NCBI GenBank assembly: GCA_963747925.1
Contig: CAVVHA010000012.1
Coordinates: forward strand, 133,222 to 197,221
DNA length: 64,000 bases
Direction: 5' to 3'
Source: an uncultured Acidobacteriota bacterium
GTDB lineage: Bacteria; Acidobacteriota; Polarisedimenticolia; QHYA01; CAVVHA01
Shown: positions 41,045-52,807 of the stretch, in pieces
How positions within the stretch are numbered: position 1 is the stretch's first letter
Layout of the letters: each line of letters starts with the position of its first letter
Translations under genes and position numbers: made by a program
The notes under the pieces: model-generated
The model's input: only the letters and a program-made list of their open reading frames with translations
What the model was told of the DNA's origin: nothing
Database searches by the model: none

Positions 41045-41500
41045 ATGAAATGCCCCTACTGCAACCACCTGATGGACCGCGTCGTCGATTCCCGCGAGGC
41101 GAAGGAGGGGCACGTCATCAGGCGCCGCCGGGAATGCCTGGGCTGCCACAAGCGCTTCACCTCGTACGAGAGGATCGAGGAGATCCCGTACATGGTGGTG
41201 AAGAAGGACGGGCGCCGCGAGCCGTTCAACCGCGAGAAGCTCATGGGCGGCCTCCTCAAGGCGGTGGAGAAGCGCCCCGTCCCTCCGACGAAGCTCGACG
41301 AGATCGTGGACGAGATCGAGGGACTGCTCCAGGAGAGCACCGAGCGCGAGATCGAAACGCGCGTGATCGGCGAGCGGGTGATGGACCGGCTCCGCGAGCT
41401 CGACAAGATCGCCTACGTCCGCTTCGCCTCGGTCTATCGCCAGTTCGGCGACCTGGACTCGTTTCTCAACGAGCTGCGCGCCCTGATGGAACGGAAGTAG
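41045..41500 (+). CDS. nrdR: transcriptional repressor NrdR
   Basis: It begins [42 protein letters not shown] (zinc ribbon), followed by an ATP-cone. Met 41045 lies inside ORF 40988..41500. Confidence 0.95.
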   Translation: MKCPYCNHLMDRVVDSREAKEGHVIRRRRECLGCHKRFTSYERIEEIPYMVVKKDGRREPFNREKLMGGLLKAVEKRPVPPTKLDEIVDEIEGLLQESTEREIETRVIGERVMDRLRELDKIAYVRFASVYRQFGDLDSFLNELRALMERK

Positions 41501-41513
41501 GGAAGGGAGAAGG

Positions 41514-41963
41514 ATGCAGACCATGATCGGACCCACGCTGGAAATCGCCCGCATCCAGAGCGAGATCAACCGCCTGTTCGAGAGCCTGTTCGAGCTGCGG
41601 CAGATGGGGGAGGCGGCCGAGCCGGTCTGGACCCCCAACACGGACATCGTGGACGGCCCGGACACGCTGACGCTGATCGTCGAGCTGCCGGGCGTCGCGC
41701 GCGAGGACCTCTCCCTGTCGGCCGACGGCGGGAACATCATCATCGAGGGCGAGAAGAAGGCCGAGCCCGCGCCCGGCGAGGTGAAGGAGCACCACTGCCT
41801 CGAGCGGGCCCACGGCCGCTTCCGCAGGGTCATCGCCCTGAACTACCCGATCAACACCCACAAGGCCTCCGCGCTGTATCGCGACGGCGTGCTCAAGATC
41901 GTGTTTCCCAAGGTCGAGAACCGGCGGGGAGGCGCTGTTCCGATCCCGGTGAAGGAGGGGTAG
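41514..41963 (+). CDS. Hsp20/alpha-crystallin family small heat-shock protein
   Basis: Intact 149-aa ORF with an alpha-crystallin core (WTPNTDIVDGPDTLTLIVELPGVAREDLSLS...ERAHGRFRRVIALNYPIN...ALYRDGVLKIVFPK). Confidence 0.9.
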   Translation: MQTMIGPTLEIARIQSEINRLFESLFELRQMGEAAEPVWTPNTDIVDGPDTLTLIVELPGVAREDLSLSADGGNIIIEGEKKAEPAPGEVKEHHCLERAHGRFRRVIALNYPINTHKASALYRDGVLKIVFPKVENRRGGAVPIPVKEG

Positions 41964-41966
41964 AGG

Positions 41967-44452
<2,486 letters not shown>

Positions 44453-44553
44453 CGCGCCCTCTCTTCTTCCTCCAGGGGAAGGCGCCCGCGCCCCCGCGCT
44501 GATCGGCGCGTGGCCGCCGCTGCGGGCCTTCGCAAGCGGCGGGTGCCCGCGAG

Positions 44554-44679
44554 CGCGGCCACCCGAGCGCGGCCCAGGGCACTGACCCCTCCGTAAATCG
44601 CGGCCACCCGAGCGCGGCCCCGGGGCACCGACGCTTCCGGTTCTCGCGGCCATCGGAGCGCGGCCGCTTGGGCGTTGGC
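44554..44679. repeat. three tandem ~45-bp direct repeats in the lon-thiL intergenic region
   Basis: Units start at 44554, 44599 and 44645. Units 1 and 2 share an identical 22-nt core, cgcggccacccgagcgcggccc. Unit 3 is diverged (cgcggccatcggagcgcggccg). Each unit carries the octamer gcgcggcc twice. Confidence 0.7.
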
Positions 44680-44735
44680 CCAGCATGCGGACGGGCGGGG
44701 TGAATCGCGGTAACCTAGCGAGCGGAGGGAGCAGC

Positions 44736-45847
44736 GTGCTGCGCGAGCGCGACTTGATCGACCTCATCAGGCAGGGCCGGGCGGGCGCCGCCCCGCGCGC
44801 CGGGGATCTCGGCATCGGCGACGACTGCGCCGTCATCCGCGCCGGCGGGCGCCGGCTCCTCATCACCATCGATCTCATGGCCGAGGGGATCCACTTCGAC
44901 CTCGGCTACACCCCGCCCTACCTCCTCGGCCGCAAGGCGGTCGCCGCCTCCTCTCGGACATCGCCGCCATGGGCGGCGTCCCCAGGGCGCTGTTCGTTTC
45001 CGTGTCGCTTCCGCGCTCGAAGCAGGCCGGCTTCGCGCGGGCCCTCGCCGAGGGAGTCCACGAGGAGGCCCTGGCCGCCGGGGCCGCCGTCCTCGGCGGC
45101 GACACGACCGCCTCGACCGGCCCCGTCGTGATCGACGTGGCCGCGGTCGGAGAGGCCGGCCGCGCGGGGCCGATCCTCAGGAGCGGCGCGCGGACCGGGG
45201 ACCGGATCTACGTCAGCGGCCTCCTCGGCGGCAGCGCCGCGGGGCGCGAGCTCCTGCGCCAGGGGTTCGATCCGTTCTCCGCGCGGGCCTGGGCGGCGTC
45301 GGGCCGGGAGAAGCGGATCGCCGCGTTCCTCGCGGCGATGGCGCACCTGCTCCCGCGCCCGCGCCTCGCGCTGGGACAGGCGCTCGCGGGGGGCAGGACG
45401 GCGAGCGCGATGATCGACCTTTCGGACGGCCTCTCGACCGATCTCCACAACCTGTGCGAGGCGAGCCGCGTCGGGGCCGAGATCGAGTCGGGGCGGGTTC
45501 CCCTGCATCCCGCGCTCCTCGTCCTCGCGGGCGGAGGGTCCGGGCGGAGGAAGAGCCCCGCCAGGCGCGGGCGGTACCGCTCGGGGGCGCCGTGGCCCCT
45601 CCTGGATTCCCCGGGCGGACGCGCGAAGGCCGTCGAGCGGGCCCTCTCGGGCGGGGAGGACTACGAGCTGCTCTTCACCGTCCCGGCGGCGGCGGAAGGG
45701 CGGCTCGCGCGGCTCGCGGCCCGCCTGGTCATCCCCGTCACGCGGATCGGCCGGATCGTCCCGCGCTCGCGGGGGGTGACGCTGATCGGCCCCGGAGGCG
45801 GCGCGCGCGCGCTCCCGCGAAGCGGCTGGGAGCACTTCCGGCGCTGA
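44736..45847 (+). CDS. thiL: thiamine-monophosphate kinase (one frame switch)
   Basis: GTG 44736 follows RBS ggaggg. The sequence reads LRERDLIDLIR...GIGDDCAVI...LITIDLMAEGIHF...GRKAVAA (ORF 44685..45131). After ~44950 it reads LSDIAAMGGVPRALFVSVSLP...GGDTTAS...SGGEDYELLFTVP (ORF 44969..45847). Confidence 0.85.
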
Positions 45848-45920
45848 GCCCGGGCGGGCCCCCGGGGCGCCCCGGCTTGCCCCGCGGCCCCCCGGCGGGT
45901 ATCGTTCCCTCGCCCATCCG

Positions 45921-46610
45921 ATGAAGCGGTTCGCCAAACAGAAGCTCCGCACCTGGCTTCACAAGCTTCTGCACACGCACGACAGCGCCGAGAGGACGGC
46001 GTTCGCCTTCGCGCTCGGCGTCTTCATCGCCTTCCTCCCGCCCGTTCCCTGGTTCCACACGCTCATCGCGCTCCTGCTCGCCTTCGTCTTCCGCCTGAAC
46101 CGGGTCGCAACGCTCCTCGGCACCTACATCAACACCCCGTTCACGTTCCTGCCCCTGATCGCGATCGAGATCTCCCTGGGCCTCCTGCTCGTCGGCGGCA
46201 AGGAGCCGCCCGACATCGTCTGGGGCCAGTTCGATACCTGGCAGGGGTGGAAGGACGCGGCGGTCGAGCTGAAGCCGTTCCTGGCCCCGATGCTGATCGG
46301 CGCCTGCCTCCTCGGCCTGCTCGCCGCCGCCGTCGCCTACTTCGTGTCGCTGAAGCTGATCCTGGCCTACCGGCACCGGATGGCCCTGGCGGCTCTCGAG
46401 CGGCAGGCGGAGCTGGAGCTCAACACGCCCGGCGTGCGCCGGCCGGCCGCCGGCGCCGGCGGATCCCCTGCCCGAGCCGGGCCTCGTGGGCGGGCGGGCA
46501 GGCCGCTTCCGGCGCCGACGGGCCGGAGAATCCCACCTAACTTCCCGCATTCTATATACTTACCCAGCGCCGCCGCCCGGGACGGGCGAGCGGGCCGCAA
46601 TTCGAACTAG
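45921..46610 (+). CDS. DUF2062-like membrane protein
   Basis: It begins MKRFAKQKLRTWLHKLLHTHDSAERTAFAFALGVFIAFLPPVPWFHTLIALLLAFVFRLNRVATLLGTYINTPFTF. The 3' end is uncertain. The last ~25 codons look non-coding, and an alternative frame with better codon bias ends at 46540. Confidence 0.6.
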   Translation: MKRFAKQKLRTWLHKLLHTHDSAERTAFAFALGVFIAFLPPVPWFHTLIALLLAFVFRLNRVATLLGTYINTPFTFLPLIAIEISLGLLLVGGKEPPDIVWGQFDTWQGWKDAAVELKPFLAPMLIGACLLGLLAAAVAYFVSLKLILAYRHRMALAALERQAELELNTPGVRRPAAGAGGSPARAGPRGRAGRPLPAPTGRRIPPNFPHSIYLPSAAARDGRAGRNSN

Positions 46611-46639
46611 ACGGATCCGAACGGGGACTCGTACCTAGC

Positions 46640-47277
46640 ATGCACCACGAACCGAAGCCGCCCGATGCCGCGGAAGACCAGGAACTGGTCCGAAAGGCGG
46701 CCGGGGGCGACGAAAGGGCCTTCGAGGCCCTGGTGCGTCGCAAGAGGGAGAGGGTCTTCTGGATAGCCAACCGGATCGTCGGCAACGAAGAGGATGCGCG
46801 GGAGATCGCGCAGTCGGTCTTCATCCGCCTCTGGAAGGTCCTGCCGAAATACGACCCCGCGCAGAGCTTCGACACCTGGCTGTACAGGATCACCGTGAAC
46901 CTGGCGATCGATCAGTACCGCTCGCGCGGCCCGGCGAGGACGTTCGCGCCCTTCGAGGAGGGCGGGGGAGCGGCCACGGGCGACCGGGCGCCGGTCACGG
47001 CGGAAACGACCCCCTCGCGGCCCTGACGGCGGCCGAGCTGAAAACGGTCTTCGAGCGCCTGGCGGCGCGGCTCGGCGAGAAGCAGCGCGCGATCTTCGTC
47101 CTGAGCCAGCTCGAGGGGATGCCCACCGAGGAGATCGCCCGGGTCATGGGGATCTCGCACTCGACGGTGCGGAACCACCTGTTCCAGGCGCGCCGCTCCC
47201 TGCAGGAGGGGCTGCGGCTTCTCTACCCCGAGTACTACCGCGCCGCGAAGGGGCGGACCGGGCCCACGGAATCGTGA
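46640..47277 (+). CDS. ECF-type (sigma-70 family group IV) RNA polymerase sigma factor (one frame switch)
   Basis: Region 2 is ERAFEALVRRKRERVFWIANRIVGNEEDAREIAQSVFIRLWKVLPKYDP...FDTWLYRITVNLAIDQYR (ORF 46640..47026). Region 4 lies in another frame (KQRAIFVLSQLEGMPTEEIARVMGISHSTVRNHLFQARRSL) and ends at TGA 47275-47277. Confidence 0.85.
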
Positions 47278-47287
47278 GGGAGGCCGC

Positions 47288-48028
47288 GTGAGCGACTGCC
47301 GCGCGATGGCGCGCGCGCTCGCCGAGGGGGCGGGCCTCGGAGGCCGCCCGTTCTCCGCCGACGAGTCGGGCATCTCGCCTCGTGCGCCCCGTGCCGGGAG
47401 GCCCTGGCGGCTTCCGATCCGACCGCCCTGTTTTCGACGCTCGCGCTCGAGCGCAAGGACGACTCCTTCTGGCTGGGGTTCGAGACGCGGTGCTCGCGGG
47501 GATCCGCGAGGAATCCCGCGCCCGCTCCGGCCTGCTGGCCCGGCTGGTGCGCCCGCGCCTGGCGCTGCTCGCCGGGGGCGCGGCCCTGATCGCCATCGTC
47601 ACGCTGGTGGCGCGCGGCGGCGCGATCCCCGGCCCGTTCCGGGCGGCGGCATCGCGCGCGCCGGCGGAGCCCACGCCCGGCCCGACGCGCCGCTCGGCGC
47701 GATCGACTGGGTCGCCGGGGCCGCCCGCGCGGTCCTGGGCGAGGAAGGACCGGGGCGCGAAGAACGGCGCCGGCGCCGAGCCGGCCGCGGTCGCCGCGCT
47801 CGCGCCGGGCTGGGACGAAGCGCTCCCGCTCGAGCTGGACGCCGCGCCGCCCGCCCCGTGGAGACCGTTTCCTCCCCGACCGCGCACATCATCAGCCTCA
47901 GCATCGAGCCCGAGGGGGGAACGCTCGCGGCCGAGCCGCGCGCCGGCGCCCGGCAGGCGGCGGGCGCGGCGGTCCTGCCGGCCGCCTCGGACGTCGTCCT
48001 GATCGTGGACCGGGAGATGGACATCTGA
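47288..48028 (+). CDS. putative anti-sigma factor (zf-HC2-like, single TM), at least 2 frame switches
   Basis: The GTG start lies 10 nt after the sigma gene. HLASCAPCREAL (H-x3-C-x2-C) and the TM LALLAGGAALIAIVTLVA appear in the frame of ORF 47382..48002. The end (...SDVVLIVDREMDI) is in ORF 47288..48028. The stop overlaps the next start (TGATG). Confidence 0.6.
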   Translation: MSDCRAMARALAEGAGLGGRPFSADESGISPRAPRAGRPWRLPIRPPCFRRSRSSARTTPSGWGSRRGARGDPRGIPRPLRPAGPAGAPAPGAARRGRGPDRHRHAGGARRRDPRPVPGGGIARAGGAHARPDAPLGAIDWVAGAARAVLGEEGPGREERRRRRAGRGRRARAGLGRSAPARAGRRAARPVETVSSPTAHIISLSIEPEGGTLAAEPRAGARQAAGAAVLPAASDVVLIVDREMDI

Positions 48029-48862
48029 TGCGGCCGGCCCGGCTCCTGCTCGCGTCTCGTCGCGGCGGCGCTGCTCGTCGCGGCGCCGTTCGCCCCGTGC
48101 CGGCCCGCCCGGGCCCAGACGGTCGCGGCCGACGGCGCCGGGAAGGCCCCCGCGGCGACGGCGCCCCCCGCCGCCCCGGCGCGCGCCGGGCGGGCGGCGC
48201 CGCGCCCCGCCGGCGCGCAGCCGCCGGCGGCGCGGGTGAAACGCTCGCCGTGCGCGCCTTCACGATCAAGTTCCGCGATCCCGGGGACGTGGCCCTGCTC
48301 GTCGGCCCGCATGCTCAGCGACAAGGGGTCGGTGACGACCGTCCCGAAGCTCCGCACGGTGACGGTCCAGGACCGGCGCGAGATCCTGGACCGCATCCAG
48401 GACCTGATCGCCTCCTACGACGTTCCGCCGCGCAACGTCGAGTTCACCGTCACGCTGATCCTGGCCAGCCGGGCCGGGGAGGCGGGCGGGTCGATCTCCC
48501 GGGAGGTCCGCGGCATCACGGAGGCGCTGCCCGACATCACGCGCTGGACCGACTACAGGACGCTCGACTCGGTGACGATCGCGGGCAGCGAAGGCTCCCG
48601 CACGGCCCGCGAGCTCGCGAACGCGTACCGGATCGAGTTCGAGCTCGAGACCGTGAGCGAGAGCCGAGGGATCATCCGGCTCAACCCTTTCTCCCTGCAG
48701 AAGGTGGAGAAGGGACCGGGCGGGGAGACCGTGTACCGGCCGGTGTACACGACCACCGTGAACCTCAAGAACGACAAGCTCCTGACGATCGGGGCGACGA
48801 AGAGCGAGACGAGCCCGAAGGCGCTGTTCCTCGCGATCCGCGCCCACATCGAGAACCCTTAG
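48028..48862 (+). CDS. secreted protein with secretin-N (N0/N1)-like domain (about 3 frame switches)
   Basis: A signal-like segment (LLLASLVAAALLVAAPFA) is followed by an Ala/Pro linker. Then come VRAFTIKFRDPGDVALLVGP|MLSDKGSVTTVPKLRTVTVQDRREILDRIQDLIASYDVPPRNVEFTVTLILA and a beta-rich C-terminus. Pieces alternate between the frames of ORFs 48028..49827 and 48236..48862. Confidence 0.5.
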
Positions 48863-48882
48863 GAACCGGGGGAGAGGAAGAC

Positions 48883-50111
48883 GTGCCGGAATTCGCGTGC
48901 AGGATCGGGACTCCCGCCGGGGAGGTCATCGAGCGGCTCTACACGGCCGAGAGCGAGGCGGCGCTGCGCCGCGAGCTCGATCGCAAGGAGCTTCGTCATT
49001 TCGCTGCGGCGGACGGGCGGGGCCATGGACGCGGCCCGCTCGATCATGCCGTTCCGCCACCGCGTCAAGGCCAAGGAGTTCCTGCTCTTCAACCAGGAGT
49101 TCATGGCCCTGATCCGCGCCGGACTGCCCATCCTCGCGAGCCTCGACATCCTCATCGAGCGCCGGAAGAACCCCGTTTTCAAGCGGGCGCTCATCGACAT
49201 CCGCGACCGGATCAAGTCCGGGGAATCGCTCAGCCAGGCGTTCGACGCCCAGGGCCTGTTCCCGAAGATCTTCTCCTCCTCGCTCGCCTCCGGCGAGCGC
49301 TCGGGAGAGATCGCCACGATGCTGAAGCGGTTCATCGTCTACAGCCGCACGGTGCAGACGATCCGGAAGAAGGTCGTCGGGGCGATGATCTACCCCACGA
49401 TCCTGATGACCCTCTCCATCGTCCTCGTGGGGATCCTCGTCTACTACGTCGTCCCCACCTTCAGCGAGTTCTTCATGGGTCTGAGCGGGGGGAAGGTGGA
49501 CCTGCCGCTGCTGACCCGCGGCCTGGTCTTCTTCTCGAAGTTCGTGCGCAGCTACATCCTGATCATCCTGGCGGGCGGATCGGCGGCTTCATGCTGTTCC
49601 AGGTCTGGAAGAAGACGGACCGCGGCCGGATGGCGTTCGACGGCTTCAAGCTCAAGATCTTCCTCATCGGCCCGGTCCTCAAGTCCTACTCCGTTTCCCG
49701 CTTCACCCGCACCCTGTCCACGCTCGTGGCGGGCGGCATCCCGCTCATGACCGCGATCGAGATCACGGGCGGCTCCGTCGGGAACGCCGTCTACGAGAAG
49801 CGGTGGACAGCGTCGCCCGCAAGGTGAAGGAGGGCGAGGCGATGTGGGAGTCCATGGAGAAGACCGGCCTGTTCGGGGACATGACCGTGGAGATGATCAA
49901 GGTCGGCGAGTCCACCGGCGCCCTCGAGGAGATGCTGACGAACGTCTCGGACTTTCTCGACGAGGAGATCGAGCAGAAGATCTCCACCCTGGTCGCCCTC
50001 GTCGAGCCCCTGATGCTCGTATTCATGGCGATCGTCGTCGGGACCATCCTCCTGGCGATCTACTACCCGCTCCTGAAGCTCGATTCGGGATCGCAGATCG
50101 GGGCCGTCTGA
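48883..50111 (+). CDS. type II secretion / type IV pilus platform protein (GspF/PilC family), three frame switches
   Basis: GTG 48883 follows RBS gggggagagg. The sequence runs MPEFACRIGTPAGEVIERLYTAESEAALRREL..., then ORF 49025..49750 (KEFLLFNQEFMALIRAGLPILASLDIL...GESLSQAF...LASGERSGEI). It then returns to the frame of ORF 48028..49827 (FTRTLSTLVAGGIPLMTAIEI). It ends in ORF 49803..50111 (MIKVGESTGALEEML...LVEPLMLVFMAIVVGTILLAIYYPL). Confidence 0.85.
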
Positions 50112-50112
50112 G

Positions 50113-51805
50113 CTGAGCGAAGAGACCGTCACCGGCAGCCGCGAGCCCGGCGGGACGAAGCCGGAGGAGAAGGCCCCGGCGCGCCGGACCCGCGCCGACG
50201 CGTCCGAGGAATCGGTCCTCTCCGAGGAGGCCCAGGCCAGGGCCATCGCGGCGAGGCTGGGGCTCGAGTTCGTGGACCTCTCGGAGTTCACGCTCATCCC
50301 CGAGCTGTTCCGCAAGATCCCGGTGGACCTGATGTTCCGCTACAACTTCGTCCCGCTGCGGCGCGGAGGGGCGCGCGCCTCGTCGATCATCGATCGCCGA
50401 CCCGACCGACGTCCTGCTGATCGACGAGCTGGAGATCCTGCTCGGCGACGCCCGATCGCGGTCGCGGTCGGCACGCCAGCGGCGATCCAGGAGGTCCTGA
50501 AGAAGACCGAGTCGAGCCAGCGCGTGCTCGAGGAGGCGACCGAGGGGTTCGCGCTGGAGGTCGTCGCGCGAGGACGAGGACGGCGACGAGACGCTCTCAT
50601 CGACAAGCTGACCGCCGGACACGAGTCGCCGATCATCAAGCTGGTGGACACGACCATCTTCAACGCCCTGCAGCGGCGCGCCTCGGATATCCACATCGAG
50701 ACGCGCGACAGCGAGGTCGTCATCAAGTACCGCATCGACGGCGTGCTGCACTAGGCCATGCCGCCGATCGCCAAGCGGTTCCACTCGACGATCATCTCGC
50801 GCATCAAGGTCATGAGCGAGCTGGACATCGCCGAGCGGCGCGTGCCGCAGGACGGCCGCTTCAGCTGCGGGTCAAGGGGCGGCCATCGACTTCCGCGTCT
50901 CGATCATGCCGACCATCCACGGCGAGGACGCGTGCTCCGCGTCCTCGACAAGGAGTCGATGAGCGAGAAGTTCAAGCAGCTGTCGCTCGACGTCGTGGGC
51001 TTCGCGGAGCCGACCTCAAGCGGTTCCGCCGCTTCATCAAGGAGCCGTACGGCATGGTGCTGGTGACCGGGCCCACCGGCTCGGGCAAGACCACCACGCT
51101 GTACGCCGCGCTCGAGCGAGATCAAGAACGACGAAGACAAGATCATCACCATCGAGGACCCGGTCGAGTACCAGCTCAAGGGCATCACGCAGATCCCGGT
51201 CAACGAGAAGAAGGGGCTCACCTTCGCCCGCGGGCTGCGCTCGATCCTGCGCCACGACCCGGACAAGATCATGGTCGGCGAGATCCGCGACCAGGAGACG
51301 GCGCAGATCGCCATCCAGGCGGCGCTCACCGGCCACCTGGTGTTCACCACCGTCCACGCCAACAACGTGGTGGACGTGCTCGGCCGCTTCCTCAACATGG
51401 GCGTGGAGCCGTACAACTTCGTGTCGGCGCTGAACTGCATCCTGGCGCAGCGCCTGGTGCGCGTGATCTGCCACCACGTGCAAGAAGCCGGTCGAGATAC
51501 CCGGCCGAGATGCTCGAGGAGCGGCGCTCGATCCCGAGCCGAATAGGCGCGACCTACACTTTCTACGAAGGCGCGCGGCTGCATCGAGTGCGGCGGCACC
51601 GGCTTCCGGGGCCGCACGGCGATCCCCGAGCTGCTCGACCTGAGCGAGCGAATCCGCGAGATGATCCTGGACAGGCGGCCGGCGGCCGAGATCAGCGGGC
51701 GGCGCGGGAGGAAGGGATGACCTTCCTGCGCGAGTCCGCCGTGGCCAAGGTGACGAGGGGCCGACCACGTTGCGCGAGATCAACAAGGTGACGTTCATCG
51801 AGTGA
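50113..51805 (+). CDS. GspE/PilB-family secretion ATPase, heavily disrupted (at least 12 frame switches plus an in-frame TAG)
   Basis: The reconstructed protein is collinear with GspE/PilB. Blocks are [12 protein letters not shown]...[64 protein letters not shown] and Walker [19 protein letters not shown]. Further blocks are [53 protein letters not shown], and a CHHC...C..C tetracysteine. Pieces are spread over ORFs 50272..50754, 50758..51066, 51054..51791, 51271..51546 and unlisted frames. TAG at 50752-50754. No canonical in-frame start follows the gspF stop (CTG 50113?). Confidence 0.85.
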
Positions 51806-51806
51806 T

Positions 51807-52807
51807 ATGGCGATCCCATTCCAGGCACTCGCGTCCTCCCTGCTCGCCCTGCTCCGGTTCCCCGTGCGCTACCCGGGGACGGCCGTGGAGATTGCCCCGG
51901 GCGAGGTTTCGGCCGTCCAGGTCCGCAAGGAACGGGGCGGACCCCGCCTGGCCGGCTACGGCATCGCTCCCTTCGAGGGGCATGATTTCCACGCCGTGAG
52001 CGGGGTGCCGAAGGCGGAGGCCATCCAGGAGCTGAGGCGTGCGCTCGGCAGCGCGGTCCGTGCCGGGGGAATCAAGCCCGGCAAGGCGTCGCTGATCATC
52101 CCCGACAGCGCGGCGAGGGTCTGGCTGCTGCAGCTGCCCGAGATCCCCCGCGCCCACCAGGCGATGCTCGAGATGATCCGCTGGAAGGTCAAGCGGAGCG
52201 TCCCCTACAGGATCGAGGACGCCGCGATCACCTGGCAGGTCCTGTCCCGTCCCCGCGAGCCAGCCGGGGTCCGTCCTGGCCGGCCTCCTTCCCCGGGCTA
52301 CGATCGCGCAGTACGAAGCCCTCATGCTGAGGAAGGGCTGAAGGTGGGGCTCGTGGACCTGTCCTCCTTCAACATCTACAACCTCCTGCGGCGACTGGCG
52401 GGGGGGGACTCCTCCGGCCCGGGCGACTACGCGTGCATCAACGCCACGAAGGGGTATTTCACGCTCATGATCTTCCGGCGCGGGGAGCTGATCTTCTACC
52501 GCTGCAAGTCGCACCCGACCGGCGAGGGGGCGGCGCCCGACGACAGGGTGAAGATGTTCCGGCGCGAGCTGGCCGCCAGCCTGTCCTACTACACGGAGAA
52601 GCTCAAGGGGGTCACCCTGTCCCGCACGGTGGGCCGCATCGCGGACCCGGATCTCGCCGAGGCCACCGAGACGCTTCGGCGCTCGGCTTCGCGCCCCTCG
52701 AGCCGTTCGAGCCGTCGAAGTTCGCCCGGTTCCCCGAGAACCTCGACACCCAGACGGCGCTGACGCTCCTGCCCGCCCTCGGGGCCGCGCTCGGGAGGAA
52801 CGCATGA
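51807..52807 (+). CDS. PilM/GspL-like actin-fold assembly protein (three frame switches)
   Basis: ORF 51807..52763 carries ...LIIPDSAARVWLLQLPEIPRAHQAMLEMIRWKVKRSVPYRIEDAAITWQVL... and LKVGLVDLSSFNIYNLL...YFTLMIFRRGELIFYRC. The end lies in ORF 52433..52807. The position matches pilM in pilMNOPQ operons. The stop overlaps the next start (ATGA). Confidence 0.65.

Noticed and set aside
46530-46640. ECF-type autoregulated promoter (GGAAC-N16/17-CGT) or sigma70 promoter upstream of the sigma gene.
   Set aside because: GAAC and CGT elements exist, but their spacings are about 7 or 22 nt. The AT-richer tctatatact patch has no matching -35. The evidence is insufficient for a call.
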